The translations under genes were made by a program, and so were the position numbers. A stretch of 32,569 nucleotides of DNA from Pseudobdellovibrionaceae bacterium (lineage in GTDB: Bacteria; Bdellovibrionota; Bdellovibrionia; Bdellovibrionales; Bdellovibrionaceae). Below, piece after piece: positions 16,276 through 24,546 of this stretch (positions are counted from its first letter, which is position 1; each line of letters opens with the position of its first letter). The notes beneath the pieces were generated by a model. The model ran no database searches, had not been told where the DNA came from, and worked only from the letters and a program-made list of their open reading frames with translations. The stretch lies in assembly GCA_039810425.1 (NCBI GenBank), contig JBDHWW010000035.1:1-32569 (forward strand), given 5' to 3'.

Positions 16276-18051
16276 CTAAGCCGCACGGATTTTCGCCGCC
16301 AGCGCGGCCTGCCCAGCGGCGGCCTCTTGTTTTTGCTCATGGTCTTCGATCATGTCATTCAAATAGTTTTGTGCTTGATACTTTGAAATCGCCGCCACGG
16401 CATCCCGTTGCACGTGCATGTGCGTGACACCTTGTTTTTTCAAGCGGTCCATTTGCTTATTGTAAAAGACCCCGCCCTTCGGAGTGTACAAGACGTATTT
16501 ATTATTATTCGGCAAGTAGACATAAAGATCGAACTCAACCTGGCGGTCGCCCTGGAGCTCAAAAAGGCTGATCTTCGCCATGTCTTTTTGATGAGAATCC
16601 TCGAGAATCGCTTTAATCGGACGGCGCGGGAAGAACGCCATCGCTATTTCATTCCCCTCATGCACGGACTTACGCAAGAACTCCGCGTACTCCAAAGCCC
16701 AGGGCTCAAAGTCGACTTGCTTGATTTTGATTTCCATTCCGTCATTGTCAGAAACCTCTTCACCATTATCTTTGAGGAACTTGAAAAGTTTAGCTTTCAC
16801 TGAATCAATAAACATCTGGTCGATCTTGCGGTTTTTTCCCATGACCGTGACGAGGTAGCCGGAAAACCTTTCCGACTCTACAATAATGCACTCGGCGCTC
16901 GTATTTTCCTGAGTTTTTTCTTTGACGACGCCATCTCTCACTAAAACCGATTCCTCGAGAGATTTCTGCGCCCCGCGGGCGATCAAAGTTTGATTGGCAT
17001 CGCTGCGTGCGCGCTTTTCTTTAATACGCTCCGCATCCGCGCGATCATCCAACGGCGCCCAGTTCGGTGCCGCCTGACGACGGCGATATTCCCGCGATCC
17101 TAAGCCCTCTTTAGGAGTGCCGTCGTTATCTTTGCCCGAGGCATTGCCGCCGTCTTGTGGATTCAGATAGCGGGCCCCGAAGTCATTCGGATTTTGAACA
17201 CTGCCAAAGCCCCCTTCACCACCGGTTGGTGGGACATAGGTGCCCCCTGGCCCCGCAGAACCTTTTTGCACATAGGTCTGGCCGAAACCGTTCTGCCCTT
17301 TTTGCATTCCATCGGGGTTCTCTCTTTTGCCTTGCAAATACGGTGGCAGAGGGTTTTCCTGATTTTTATTTCCAGAACTACCACTCGGAATAGAACTCGA
17401 TTCTGTCGGGCGGACATCGTCCTCATCCATTGCCGTGGCGAAGACGTTGTTATTGTCGACTTTGCCGCTAGTCGCGGCCGTAATGAGCCCCCCCTCTTCG
17501 CCCAGAAGCTGGGCGAAAAGTTTGCCAGCATCGCCTGCCGCCTCGCCGCCACCTTTGATTTCGATAGGACCGCTGCCGCCGCCTTTAATGGAGATCACAT
17601 CATTACCGTCGGCGTCTTTCTGTCCTTGGAACCTATCATTGGCGGACTGAACGGTGGCGCGAGTTTGCTGATCTTTGAGATACTTATTCACGCAACGCTC
17701 AATCGCGGGACCCGTGACTGGTGGATAGACGCGATACTCGGTCGCGGCCTCGTTCAGCATTTTGAAAGAGGTGGAGTTTTGGTTTTCAGCAAAAGCGATG
17801 CAGGCGGCGGGGAAAGCTTGGGCAAGAAGCTTCGGAAGAGCGCGGACTTTTTTATTCGGGTGATCCACGCTGATAAGAATGTAACTGGGTTTATTCGAAA
17901 CAATTTGAACGAGGGCTTCTTTGAGATTCGCGGTGGAGTAAAGTCTCCACCCACGATTTCGCAAAAATGTTTCGACCACAGCCAACGAGGCGACATTGGA
18001 TTTTAGAATCAGCATTGTCTTGGGTATTTCGACCCCTTGAGTTTCACTCAT
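16276..18051 (-). CDS. Hypothetical signalling protein: pseudo-receiver N-terminus, Gly/Asn/Gln-rich linker, C-terminal FDLYVYLP domain
   Basis: REC-like alternation (ILKSN...FLRNRGW...NLKEAL...PSYILIS) without the acidic residues; long low-complexity middle; C-terminal FDLYVYLPNNNKYVLY...RLKKQGVTHMHV. Start may be 18051 or 18087. Confidence 0.6.
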   Translation of the reverse strand: MSETQGVEIPKTMLILKSNVASLAVVETFLRNRGWRLYSTANLKEALVQIVSNKPSYILISVDHPNKKVRALPKLLAQAFPAACIAFAENQNSTSFKMLNEAATEYRVYPPVTGPAIERCVNKYLKDQQTRATVQSANDRFQGQKDADGNDVISIKGGGSGPIEIKGGGEAAGDAGKLFAQLLGEEGGLITAATSGKVDNNNVFATAMDEDDVRPTESSSIPSGSSGNKNQENPLPPYLQGKRENPDGMQKGQNGFGQTYVQKGSAGPGGTYVPPTGGEGGFGSVQNPNDFGARYLNPQDGGNASGKDNDGTPKEGLGSREYRRRQAAPNWAPLDDRADAERIKEKRARSDANQTLIARGAQKSLEESVLVRDGVVKEKTQENTSAECIIVESERFSGYLVTVMGKNRKIDQMFIDSVKAKLFKFLKDNGEEVSDNDGMEIKIKQVDFEPWALEYAEFLRKSVHEGNEIAMAFFPRRPIKAILEDSHQKDMAKISLFELQGDRQVEFDLYVYLPNNNKYVLYTPKGGVFYNKQMDRLKKQGVTHMHVQRDAVAAISKYQAQNYLNDMIEDHEQKQEAAAGQAALAAKIRAA

Positions 18052-18227
18052 AACCTGCCTGTTCTTCCCTTTGTTCCAGTAAGTCATTCAATCTACTTAA
18101 CGGAATATTCACCGATTCTTTACAGGTCTTTGACAAGGCCTAGGCCTAAGTCTCGAACAGTTTATTGCTCATAACGAGTTTTGAACGCTTTTATTCACAA
18201 GATCCTGATTTCGAACGCTCGATGCTT

Positions 18228-18473
18228 TTAGGCTCCATATTTTAAGGCATACATTTTAAGAACTTCACGAATCATCTTTTGGTACTTAACCCCATTCTTC
18301 TTTGATTGAGTCTTGAAGAAATCGAGCGTTTCCTTATCAATCGCGATGGTTATTTTAATTTTATCTTCCGCCACCAGAAGTGCCGCCGGAGGAGGTAAAA
18401 AGTCCGGGACTCTTGTCAACTTTCCGATCGGCTCGGCGTCTGTACGTGTGCGCTTATAAGTTTTCTTTTTCAT
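18228..18473 (-). CDS. brnA: BrnA-type antitoxin (RHH/CopG-like C-terminus)
   Basis: DFLPPP..L, KITIAID...LDFFK......GVKYQKMIREVL; overlaps the toxin 3' end. Confidence 0.85.
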   Translation of the reverse strand: MKKKTYKRTRTDAEPIGKLTRVPDFLPPPAALLVAEDKIKITIAIDKETLDFFKTQSKKNGVKYQKMIREVLKMYALKYGA

Positions 18474-18750
18474 AAAACCTTCTCCCCTGTCGCCAGTATC
18501 CTGCCCCAAAAATACGAATTTTACTTTTTCTGTATGTAAAGCGGACTGTCATCACCTTCACTCCGACGCGACCAATACAATAAAACCGCTCTTCTCGAAA
18601 ACTGTGTTTTTCATCAACAGCTAAAATCCTCTTGGGATCGAGAAAAGCGTGAGTCGCATCTACAAATCCAACACCGTGTTTTTTGATATTCTCGGCCCCT
18701 TTTTCTGGATCCCAACAAAAATGGCCATACTCTATGATCAGTCTTATCAT
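18454..18750 (-). CDS. brnT: BrnT-family ribonuclease toxin
   Basis: FCWDPEKGAENIKKHGVGF, HS..EERFYCIG, TVRFTYR...IRIFGAG.WR.G...YE. Confidence 0.9.
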   Translation of the reverse strand: MIRLIIEYGHFCWDPEKGAENIKKHGVGFVDATHAFLDPKRILAVDEKHSFREERFYCIGRVGVKVMTVRFTYRKSKIRIFGAGYWRQGRRFYEKENL

Positions 18751-18928
18751 ATTTTACCATACTTTTATACATATAAAGATACATATTATTTACTCGATAG
18801 TCGTAAAGTCGAATTCATGCAAAAATGGGGTCATTTCCTGAGACGTCTAAATTCTTAATAAAAGCAAATGTTGGCCAAATTCCGTATCCCTTAGGACGCC
18901 AGCCGGACTCGCTACAGATCATCTCAGC

Positions 18929-18945
18929 TTGGCCCATTGTTTGCT
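18929..18945 (+). promoter_or_regulatory. sigma54 (-24/-12) promoter in front of the RAYT gene
   Basis: TTGGCCCATTGTTTGCT: GG-N10-GC spacing with TTGC(T) core, 12 nt upstream of ATG 18958. Confidence 0.6.
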
Positions 18946-18957
18946 TTGACTCGAATC

Positions 18958-19524
18958 ATGCTAAAGCCCCGACGATTTCAAAGTGATCTACGTTTTTTTC
19001 ATCTGAATTCCGGACTGAGCGATCGGACGTGGCGGACAACGCTCATGCCCGAGCGCTGGCGCCTGTTCTGTCAGGCCTTGAGCGACATGCAATTCAAAAC
19101 CGACTTCACCGCCCACGCCTTTGTCTTGATGGACACGCACTTTCATATTCTGTTTTCGACCCGCTCGCCGAAGGAGCACATCTTGGCCGAGGAGTTTCAC
19201 CAAAACCTGACTTCACTTTGCAATAAGACGTGGGAGGCTCTGGAGGTGCCACTGTACTGCGAGCCAATCTTGAGTGCTCAGTATTACAAGCACGCGTACA
19301 AGTATGTGTACCGAAATCCTGTCGAGGCCGGAATGTGTATGCGCGCCGAGGACTATGAATTCAGCAGCCTACGCGGGCTGCTCGGCCACACGCTGCTGAC
19401 GGCACCAGTGATCGACAATATGGGGTTGATCTACGGGCCGCAGAAGATACTAACGTGGCTGAATTGCGAGGACACGGCCGTGGCTAGTCTAAATACTTTT
19501 TACGAATTTGAACAAAAACCTTAG
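18958..19524 (+). CDS. REP-associated tyrosine transposase (RAYT / Y1_Tnp, IS200-like HUH), divergent
   Basis: AFVLMDTHFHIL (HUH), YVYRNPVEAG (catalytic Tyr region), AEDYEFSS. No tnpB downstream. Confidence 0.82.
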   Translation: MLKPRRFQSDLRFFHLNSGLSDRTWRTTLMPERWRLFCQALSDMQFKTDFTAHAFVLMDTHFHILFSTRSPKEHILAEEFHQNLTSLCNKTWEALEVPLYCEPILSAQYYKHAYKYVYRNPVEAGMCMRAEDYEFSSLRGLLGHTLLTAPVIDNMGLIYGPQKILTWLNCEDTAVASLNTFYEFEQKP

Positions 19525-19566
19525 ATTTTGACCCTTTTAAAAATGGTATAACAGTGGTATATTTAC

Positions 19567-19644
19567 ATGAGATTTGACTGGGACGACGACAAAAGCTTTA
19601 AACTGCAGAAGCGCGTATTATATGCAAAAAACATCAAATTCTAA
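19567..19644 (+). pseudogene. Internally deleted BrnT-like toxin (25-aa relic)
   Basis: MRFDWDDDKSFKLQKRVLYAKNIKF*: BrnT-like start (F.WD..K) joined directly to a C-terminal R.LY.K-like end that overlaps the antitoxin start. Confidence 0.7.
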
Positions 19645-19924
19645 AAAGAAACGCATTGAGGACATTGAGTTAAAAGCGACTCATGGCGAGGATGTTACCT
19701 CGCACTTCGCCGGAAAATCCAGAGTGAGACCGGGCTTCCCTAGCATTGAACGGCGTGGAAAAGCTATTCAGAGGGTCAACGTCGATTTTTCCAGCGAGAT
19801 GCTTAAAGAGCTGGACGAGGCCGCAAATGAACTGAATATTTCACGCCAGGCTGTGATTAAAACTCTCGTTCGAGAGGCTCTGGATCGACATTACCTTGCC
19901 AAAAAAGCGCGAAAAACTAACTAA
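19622..19924 (+). CDS. CopG/RHH antitoxin (BrnA-associated type), apparently orphaned
   Basis: GEDVTSHF...QRVNVDF...MLKELD..A..LNISRQAVIK motif; ATG 19622. Confidence 0.82.
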   Translation: MQKTSNSKKKRIEDIELKATHGEDVTSHFAGKSRVRPGFPSIERRGKAIQRVNVDFSSEMLKELDEAANELNISRQAVIKTLVREALDRHYLAKKARKTN

Positions 19925-19972
19925 CCTAAGATAGCACAAAAAGAACAATAATATTAAATACTTAAGAAGCTA

Positions 19973-20018
19973 TGCACAGTACTGCAAAATGGTCGTGACC
20001 ATTTTGCAGTACTGTGCA
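19973..20018. repeat. Perfect 22-bp inverted repeat with 2-nt spacer
   Basis: TGCACAGTACTGCAAAATGGTC-GT-GACCATTTTGCAGTACTGTGCA; each arm contains the palindrome CAGTACTG. Confidence 0.95.
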
Positions 20019-20039
20019 CGAATAAGTAAATGACCAAAT

Positions 20040-20753
20040 CTAGTCTAAATACTTTTTACGAATTTTCAGAATGTCGCGAAAAACGCGAAGAACCTCTTTA
20101 AATATTTTAACTTTGGATCCTGGAATGTCTTCCCATTGACGGAGGGGGTATTCGACCAGGAGTTTCCCTTTCAAGCGCAGCATGATTTCGACGTCGAAGA
20201 TCCAGTTACTGAGGAAGTTTTCCGTGAAGGCTGTTTCGAGATGTTCGCGGCGGAAGAGTTTGGCTCCACATTGCGAGTCATAGGACTCGACACGCAAGAG
20301 GATGGCGATCACGGTGGCAAACCCGCGACCCAAGTAATGGCGATGCGGAGAGCGCACGATGCGGCTGCCAAGGCGATACACGCGGCTACCCCAGATGGAG
20401 TCGACTTGATTATCATAAAAAGCTGCATAGCGGACCATATTAGGTACTTCCCAGAGCGGGGTCGCAAGATCGGCGTCCCAATAACCTACCCAGGTAGCTT
20501 TTGAAAGCATGGGATGCTTGGCTACATGGAGCATACCCTCACGCACAGCCGCAGCCTTGCCGCCATTCTGCGGGCAGCGATGTACATGCATGTTGGTCTT
20601 TCCTTCAATAAACTTTTGAATGCGTGGAACCGTATTGTCTTTAGATCCGTCATCAACAAATAGGACTTGGATTTCACCCTGTGCACCTTCTTCAAAGGCT
20701 TCAAGATCAAGACGCTTTTCTTCGTTATAGCAAGGAACAACAAGTACTATCAT
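20040..20753 (-). CDS. GT2 glycosyltransferase, polyprenol-phosphate glycosyltransferase (DPG/DPM synthase-like)
   Basis: VVPCYNEEKRL, FVDDGSKD, NGGKAAAVREG, WDADLATP, GSR, YDSQCGAKLF, WIFDVE, GSKV. Confidence 0.88.
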   Translation of the reverse strand: MIVLVVPCYNEEKRLDLEAFEEGAQGEIQVLFVDDGSKDNTVPRIQKFIEGKTNMHVHRCPQNGGKAAAVREGMLHVAKHPMLSKATWVGYWDADLATPLWEVPNMVRYAAFYDNQVDSIWGSRVYRLGSRIVRSPHRHYLGRGFATVIAILLRVESYDSQCGAKLFRREHLETAFTENFLSNWIFDVEIMLRLKGKLLVEYPLRQWEDIPGSKVKIFKEVLRVFRDILKIRKKYLD

Positions 20754-20800
20754 TTAACCATTACCCTTTTTCTAAAGACAAAATTGTACTTCCCTTTAGG

Positions 20801-21781
20801 CTAGGATTCTAGTGACTTCTTTTCCCATTCATAAGCCGTTTTACAGATAAGTTCCAAATCGTTGTATTGAGGTTTCCAACCCAGCACTGTTTGGATCTTG
20901 GCGGAATCTGCAACGATCGCCGCCGCATCCCCGACCCGACGAGGAGATTCTTTGATATTTAAGGATTTGCCACAAACTTTTTCCACTGTATTTAGCACAT
21001 CGCGAACTGAGTAGCCATGCCCATAACCGACGTTAAAGATCTCGGAAGCTCCACCCTTTTTAAGATGTTCAAGAGCCTTCACATGGGCGACTGCCAAGTC
21101 ATCAACATGAATGTAGTCCCGGACCCCCGTGCCATCCGCTGTTGGGTAATCTGTTCCAAATATTTCTATTTGTGCGCGTTTACCGCATGCCGCTTCGACG
21201 GCTACTTTTACCAAGTGTGTGGCGTCTTTCGTGCGCTGCCCGTTACCACCTTCAACGGCAGCTCCTGCGACGTTGAAATATCTCAAAATCACATAACTGA
21301 ATGGGCAAGTTTTTCCAAAATCTTCTATGATTTTTTCAGACATAAGTTTACTAGCACCATAGGGATTCAGTGGCCCCGTCTGTGATGTTTCCGTAACCGG
21401 AACCTTAGCGGGATTTCCATAAACGGCCGCAGTGGAAGAGAAAATGAATTTATCAACACCAGCCTGAGCACAAGCCTCGAGAGTTTTTAAAGTTCCAAAG
21501 ACATTATTTTCGTAGTACTCAAGTGGCATTTCAACGGATTCAGGTACAATAAGTTTTGCAGCAAAATGAATTACTGCTTCTACTTTTTTCTCTTTCATTG
21601 TCCGCACTAATAAATCTCGATCTCGTATATCTCCCGTGATTAATAATACACTTGGAGGCAAAGAATCACGAAATCCAGTCGAAAGATTATCATATACGAT
21701 CGGCGTATAACCAGCTTCGATGAGCTTACGAACTGTATGCGACCCAATGTAACCAGCGCCACCTGTAACCAATACATTCAT
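20801..21781 (-). CDS. galE: UDP-glucose 4-epimerase
   Basis: VTGGAGYIGSH, HFAA...VPES, FSSTAAVYG, PYGASK, LRYFNVAGA, DGTGVRDYIHV. Confidence 0.95.
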   Translation of the reverse strand: MNVLVTGGAGYIGSHTVRKLIEAGYTPIVYDNLSTGFRDSLPPSVLLITGDIRDRDLLVRTMKEKKVEAVIHFAAKLIVPESVEMPLEYYENNVFGTLKTLEACAQAGVDKFIFSSTAAVYGNPAKVPVTETSQTGPLNPYGASKLMSEKIIEDFGKTCPFSYVILRYFNVAGAAVEGGNGQRTKDATHLVKVAVEAACGKRAQIEIFGTDYPTADGTGVRDYIHVDDLAVAHVKALEHLKKGGASEIFNVGYGHGYSVRDVLNTVEKVCGKSLNIKESPRRVGDAAAIVADSAKIQTVLGWKPQYNDLELICKTAYEWEKKSLES

Positions 21782-21783
21782 GG

Positions 21784-23124
21784 CTATCGCCCTCTTCCTA
21801 AAACTACGACACTGATTGTTTTCAATACGATCATAAAATCCAGAACTAATGAGTAGTGCTTAATATAAAATAAATCATACTGAAGCTTTTCTTTGGCATC
21901 TTCTACACTTGCCCCATAAGGGTAAAGCACCTGAGCCCAACCAGTGATCCCGGGGCGAACTAAGTGGCGCAAGTTATAAAAGGGAATCTCCTGTTCGAGA
22001 TCCAAATTAAACTCCGGGCGCTCTGGACGTGGCCCAATAAAACTCATGTCGCCATTTAATACATTCCACAACTGAGGCAACTCATCTAACCGAGTAAGGC
22101 GGATGAATTTTCCAACTCGCGTAATTCGAGAATCATTTTGCATGGCCCACTTGGCACCGCCACTCTCGGCATCACTCCGCATGGAACGAAATTTATAAAT
22201 TCTAAACTCTTCGCCGTCTTTTCCAGTACGAATTTGGCTATAAATCGCCCCACCTGGAGATTCTAATTTTACAGCGATGGCCGTTATGAGCATAAATGGC
22301 CAGGTAATTGCCAGCAAAAGCACGGACAGAACCACATCAGCTAAGCGTTTTACACGAAGTCCGATAGGATTATGAACCAAGCCAAAGCCCTCAGAAAGTA
22401 CAAACCAGTCGTGTTCAAGGTAATAGATCGGAACCTTTCGCCAAGTCCACTCATAGAACAATGATAGATCTTGCACAGCCTGCCCAGCAAAGCGGGCCTT
22501 CATTAGCTCTGGACCTAATTCATGATTCAACTCTTGCGAAGTCGTAGCCACCACGACTGTATGCCATACCTTGCCAAGATAGTTTTCAAGCTCTTCCCAC
22601 TGCGATTGAGCCAAAACAGTGACTTGCCCAGAAAAGGAATTTTTTTTCAAATCAGCCATTAAGCTATCTTTGATTCTTTCATTTACAACAAAGAGCCAAT
22701 CGGAACTCGCACGAATCTTTTCAAAGTATTTTACTAATGCCACCCGATAGACGGATGAAGCTAAGTAAAACCCTAAAAGGGATCCCAATAAAACACCCCG
22801 CCCAAAGAGCCCTGTGCGATCTTTACTGAGTAAATAACCAACAAGTACCACTGCAAAAAAACTAATTACAATGGCAACGCCCTGACGAAAGAACAAAACC
22901 ATGTTTTTTAGTTTGCCGTCTAGGTCGTAGCAGCCAAAAATATACAATCCAGCCAAGGTCAGGACGATAATAAACCACAGGCCACGAGTTACAAAAATCT
23001 CACTACCAACGTAGCCAAAGCGAAGGTAATAGACCAACGCCGTGATGCCCAATAAAACAGCAGAATCCCAGAGCATTATGATGGCTTTTAATCGTTGAGT
23101 CAGACGCGGTCGAATTTTAAGCAT
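21784..23124 (-). CDS. Undecaprenyl-phosphate sugar-1-phosphate (priming) transferase, WcaJ/WbaP-like
   Basis: 4 N-terminal TM segments; KRLAD, KFRSM, DSRITRVG, RLDELPQLWNVL.GDMSFIGPRPE, PGITGWAQV, YDLFYI. Start MLKIRP at 23124. Confidence 0.92.
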   Translation of the reverse strand: MLKIRPRLTQRLKAIIMLWDSAVLLGITALVYYLRFGYVGSEIFVTRGLWFIIVLTLAGLYIFGCYDLDGKLKNMVLFFRQGVAIVISFFAVVLVGYLLSKDRTGLFGRGVLLGSLLGFYLASSVYRVALVKYFEKIRASSDWLFVVNERIKDSLMADLKKNSFSGQVTVLAQSQWEELENYLGKVWHTVVVATTSQELNHELGPELMKARFAGQAVQDLSLFYEWTWRKVPIYYLEHDWFVLSEGFGLVHNPIGLRVKRLADVVLSVLLLAITWPFMLITAIAVKLESPGGAIYSQIRTGKDGEEFRIYKFRSMRSDAESGGAKWAMQNDSRITRVGKFIRLTRLDELPQLWNVLNGDMSFIGPRPERPEFNLDLEQEIPFYNLRHLVRPGITGWAQVLYPYGASVEDAKEKLQYDLFYIKHYSLVLDFMIVLKTISVVVLGRGR

Positions 23125-23271
23125 TCCTAAATCCTTAGTTCCTCTTTTTGTAGCATCTTTTATACCCTGTTTACAAGGTGGAGGAACCACTTAGGATGTT
23201 TTCAAAATGCCGCAATTTAGCTCATGCGTTACTTGCTTGAATTCGCCCACTGAAAATAGCAATATCCATTC

Positions 23272-24546
23272 ATGCCGAGCCTAGCCCCAAATAAAGTCTC
23301 AAAAACCACTGGCGTTTTATTATTACTTTTTGCGATCTCCGTGATTATTTCACAGAGCCTGATGGATTTATTTTCCACTGTCCTTTGTCTGTATTTGGCA
23401 TATCAATGGTTTCAATATCGCCAACAGACTCCACGCCTAGTTGTGACACCAAAAATGGGCTTCGATTGGCTCTGGGGCGTATGGCTTGCAGTGGCTGCCA
23501 TTGGCTTTGCCTTGAATGTTCCACCACCTATAGAGACCCCGAGTCACTTCTGGCTCGTTCGCCTTGTAGAATTTAAATGGATTCTCATACTGTATTTTAT
23601 GGTGGGGTCGCTGCAAATTGGGAGTTTTAAAGAAAGTGGCCTCAAGTGGTTCAATGCGGCCATCTTAATTTGTTCTATTTACGCTCTCATAGATTACTTC
23701 ATACAATCATATAATAACCCAAATATAGAAATTCGACTGGGTGGCCTTTTCCAATTTGCGATGACGTATGCACACTCTTACGGAATCTTTCTTTGTGTAC
23801 TCTTTGGGATTTTTCTTTCCACGAAAAAGTCACTCAGCAAAAAGCAATTTCTTTTTTCAGCAACGACGTTTCTTATTGTAGGCGCCTCGGTACTATTCAC
23901 CTTTACTCGTGGAGCCTGGATTGCAGCGGCCATTGCAATTGTTGTAATAAGCTTTTTAAAAAGTATTCGGACTGGTATTACTGCAATCATTACACTGCTC
24001 GTTTTAGGGGCAGGTCTTTACCTCATGGTGCCATCGATTAAAAATCGAATCGACTTTACAGCAAAAGTAGCTGAAGCAAAAACCGCTAAGGAAAGCTATG
24101 ACACTGAAAGAGTTGTTCTTTGGAAGACCAACTTGATGATATTTCAGGATCACCCATGGTTTGGTACCGGCTATGGTCAAAACAAATTTAAGCTCCGTGA
24201 ATACTATGAAAAGCAAGGACTACCAAAGGATCAATTCATAGGGCACGCCCATAATCAGTATCTACACCTACTGGCAGGTACGGGAATCTTAGGACTCGCT
24301 TGCTATTTAGGTGTACTAGGTACGGTTTTTCTTATGACACTCTTTGCCTATTACAAAACTCCTGAAAGTAATACCCTTTACAAAGGCCTTGCGCTTGGTT
24401 CATTAGGCGGACAAATATTTTTTGCAGTTGGTGGCCTGACCGAGTCCAACTTCGAACACTCAAAAGTTCGTTTTGCAATCATGCTGGCTTGGGCCTTTGG
24501 TATTTGGCTTTACAGAGCCAGCAAGCCTAACTCACAAAAGTCTTAA
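23272..24546 (+). CDS. O-antigen ligase family protein (WaaL / Wzy_C)
   Basis: Many TM segments; RLGG, FTFTRGAW, ERVVLW...DHPWFGTGYG, HAHNQYLHLLA.TGILG. Confidence 0.88.
   Translation: MPSLAPNKVSKTTGVLLLLFAISVIISQSLMDLFSTVLCLYLAYQWFQYRQQTPRLVVTPKMGFDWLWGVWLAVAAIGFALNVPPPIETPSHFWLVRLVEFKWILILYFMVGSLQIGSFKESGLKWFNAAILICSIYALIDYFIQSYNNPNIEIRLGGLFQFAMTYAHSYGIFLCVLFGIFLSTKKSLSKKQFLFSATTFLIVGASVLFTFTRGAWIAAAIAIVVISFLKSIRTGITAIITLLVLGAGLYLMVPSIKNRIDFTAKVAEAKTAKESYDTERVVLWKTNLMIFQDHPWFGTGYGQNKFKLREYYEKQGLPKDQFIGHAHNQYLHLLAGTGILGLACYLGVLGTVFLMTLFAYYKTPESNTLYKGLALGSLGGQIFFAVGGLTESNFEHSKVRFAIMLAWAFGIWLYRASKPNSQKS

Noticed and set aside
17155..18006. 283-aa plus-strand ORF
   Set aside because: Antisense shadow of the pseudo-receiver gene, with no recognisable motifs. 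The same applies to the other short nested ORFs in the track.
18136..18147. Palindrome AGGCCTAGGCCT
   Set aside because: 12 bp, single copy; could be an operator but nothing else supports it.
18958..19524. Complete IS200/IS605 element
   Set aside because: No tnpB and no subterminal hairpins were identified next to the gene; the NPVxAG...Y..SS tail fits RAYT better.
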